Source: Rubrivivax sp.
Lineage (GTDB): Bacteria > Pseudomonadota > Gammaproteobacteria > Burkholderiales > Burkholderiaceae_C
DNA length: 64,000 bases
Reading direction: 5' to 3'
Assembly (NCBI GenBank): GCA_016790395.1
Contig: JAEUPH010000122.1
Coordinates: forward strand, 271-64,270
A program made the position numbers and the translations under genes. This document shows, one piece after another, positions 62,347-64,000 of the stretch (position 1 is the first letter of the stretch; the number at the start of each line of letters is the position of its first letter). The notes under the pieces are model-generated. The model had not been told where the DNA came from, made no database searches, and saw nothing but the letters and a program-made list of their open reading frames with translations.

Positions 62347-64000
62347 TCAGTTGGGTGCGGCCAGCACCATGAGCCACTCCGCAATGATCTCCACGCCCTC
62401 TTCCCCGGCCTCGATCACCAGCGGTGCATAGCCCGGCCTGTCGCTGTCGGGGCTTAGCACGATGCGCTCGTGTCGCCAGCCGCCATCTTCGGTGTCGGCC
62501 TTCGCGCTTCGGTACACCTTCACCGTGTAACGACCGCCTGTGTCGGGGTCGGCGATGTCCCTGTGCTGGGCGAGCACCACCTTCCCTTGGCGCGTACCGG
62601 TCGGATGGCTGCGGAACAGGCACCAGGCACCGTTCGGAATGCGGCGGTTCATCGATTCGCCCACGACTTGAGCGACGAACAGGCCGGGCTGGGGCCGCAC
62701 CCAGTCGGGCAGGGCCACCCAGTCGGTGGATTCCAGGTCAGGCGACTGCAGCGAAGAGAAGGCCCCTGCGGCGATGCGCAGATCCTGCAGCGGTGCGCAG
62801 GCGACGCCGGCCGCGCGTTCCTGGCTGGACACCAGACGCAAAGCCGGCGCGACCGCCCGTGTCGCAGGTGTGGCAGCCGGGACCGCAAGCTTCCCTGCAG
62901 GGGCCAGCCGCGAGCGCAGGAAGGCGGCCAGTTCGGGGTCGGTGCAGTAGACGTAGCAGCCCTTCATGCCTCGCGTCATCAGTGTCCGGTAGGTGTTCTT
63001 GACGATGGCGTCGCCCACGGCAAGCGCCTGGGCGGGGTCGTCGCGGAGCAGGGCCTTCAGGCCCTTGACCGACTGATCCGATGAGGCGCGCCGCGTGGCA
63101 TCGGTGACGATGCGGCCGTCACGCACGCGCAGGTCGGGGCCGATGATCACCCCGACGTGGTCGAGCTCCAGGCCCTGGCAGGTGTGGATGCAACCGACCT
63201 GCTCCACCGAGCCCGGTGTCACGATCCAGAGGCTTCCGTCCTTGTCGAGATTCCAGCGCCGGCGGTAGCCGAAGGCCGGCAGTTCGATGTCCCAGGCCTG
63301 AGGGTCCTTCTTGCTAGGCCAGGTCCAGCAGTAGCCAGCGACCACTCGCGAACGCTGGTCTTGGCGGTTCTTCTCTTCGATGAGTGCGTGAAGTTCGGCC
63401 GGGCTGTCGAGCACGCGAAAATCGTAGTCCCCGGGCTCCATCAGCGGGTTGGCCGTGCTGCGGATGTCCAGCGTGTGGTCCAGCCAGGCCAGGTAGCCGT
63501 CGGAGCCGCCGCAGCGGAACTGGGACGCCAGTTCGAGTTCGGTGACCTCGGCATCGAACTCGGCGGCCCGGCGTCGCAGTTCATCGGTGGTGCCGATGTC
63601 CAGCAGCGTCACCCGCTGGTCGTCGTCGACGAAGAACACCGTGCAGCGGGCCGCGCGGATGAGTTCGCGCACCTGGTTGTCACCCAGGTTGCGGTACAGG
63701 CCGCTCTTCTCGTTGAGCCGGTGCGCCTCGTCCACCACCAGCGCGTCGTAGGTGTCGGGCGGCACGTCGACGAAGGCGCCCGAGCCGCTGAAGAGGTTGC
63801 TGATGCGTGTCTTGGTGAAGGTGCCGGTGAGCCGGGCTTCGTAGACGGCTCGCGGAGCCGCGTTCTTCGAGACGTAGCGCGCGTTGCGGCGCCGACCCAG
63901 CAACGCGCCCAGCAGGTTGATGGCCACCACCGACTTGCCCGTGCCCGGCCCGCCGCGGACGATGACCACCTGCTTGCGCTGCGCCGCCTTGGTGTCGGCC
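62347..64000 (-). CDS. DUF2075 (Schlafen group-3-like SF1 helicase) fused to C-terminal S24/LexA-like domain (5' truncated)
   Basis: Walker A GGPGTGKS, VVDEAHRL, LASQFRC, RVVAGYCW, GCIHTCQGLE and NTYRTLMTRG, then IAAGAF...VVGESM...YTVK. Confidence 0.88.
   Translation of the reverse strand, partial: ADTKAAQRKQVVIVRGGPGTGKSVVAINLLGALLGRRRNARYVSKNAAPRAVYEARLTGTFTKTRISNLFSGSGAFVDVPPDTYDALVVDEAHRLNEKSGLYRNLGDNQVRELIRAARCTVFFVDDDQRVTLLDIGTTDELRRRAAEFDAEVTELELASQFRCGGSDGYLAWLDHTLDIRSTANPLMEPGDYDFRVLDSPAELHALIEEKNRQDQRSRVVAGYCWTWPSKKDPQAWDIELPAFGYRRRWNLDKDGSLWIVTPGSVEQVGCIHTCQGLELDHVGVIIGPDLRVRDGRIVTDATRRASSDQSVKGLKALLRDDPAQALAVGDAIVKNTYRTLMTRGMKGCYVYCTDPELAAFLRSRLAPAGKLAVPAATPATRAVAPALRLVSSQERAAGVACAPLQDLRIAAGAFSSLQSPDLESTDWVALPDWVRPQPGLFVAQVVGESMNRRIPNGAWCLFRSHPTGTRQGKVVLAQHRDIADPDTGGRYTVKVYRSAKADTEDGGWRHERIVLSPDSDRPGYAPLVIEAGEEGVEIIAEWLMVLAAPN

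Noticed and set aside
1-64000. tRNA, rRNA, CRISPR arrays, IS elements, integrases
   Set aside because: I recognised none. Intergenic gaps are short and no transposase or integrase motifs appear in the ORF track. Small ncRNAs cannot be excluded by eye.

Overview
This is a very GC-rich betaproteobacterial chromosome segment. The taxon (Burkholderiales, Rubrivivax-like) is inferred from gene content and codon usage only. It holds about 55 genes, and I saw no rRNA, tRNA, CRISPR array or transposase. From left to right: (i) a BMP/CUT2 ABC operon split by two antisense DUF3667-like paralogues; (ii) a TPR-GGDEF cyclase; (iii) a DUF6502-like gene and lipoprotein divergent from beta-propeller and PrcB-like lipoproteins across a perfect palindrome; (iv) an MdtA/MdtB-like RND pair plus a TrpF-like gene; (v) a nucleoside uptake and catabolism operon (BMP-ABC, cdd, PNP, deoC, two 5'-nucleotidases, deoA, with divergent add); (vi) mnmA and a purC/aspartoacylase-family pair; (vii) a TonB receptor, serine hydrolase, LD-carboxypeptidase and AmpG-like cluster; (viii) an ECF sigma/anti-sigma pair, rsmE, an amidase, a CZB chemoreceptor and an acyl-CoA ligase; (ix) a ~13 kb accessory island; and (x) a MazG-like gene abutting a partial DUF2075 helicase-S24 fusion. 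The island is the best candidate for an undescribed system. It has two SARP/BTAD-STAND regulators interleaved with secreted and PEP-CTERM genes, and four promoters carry two classes of heptamer-N4-heptamer direct repeats with conserved geometry. Family assignments come from motif recognition by eye, not database searches. I chose start codons manually, and some are uncertain.
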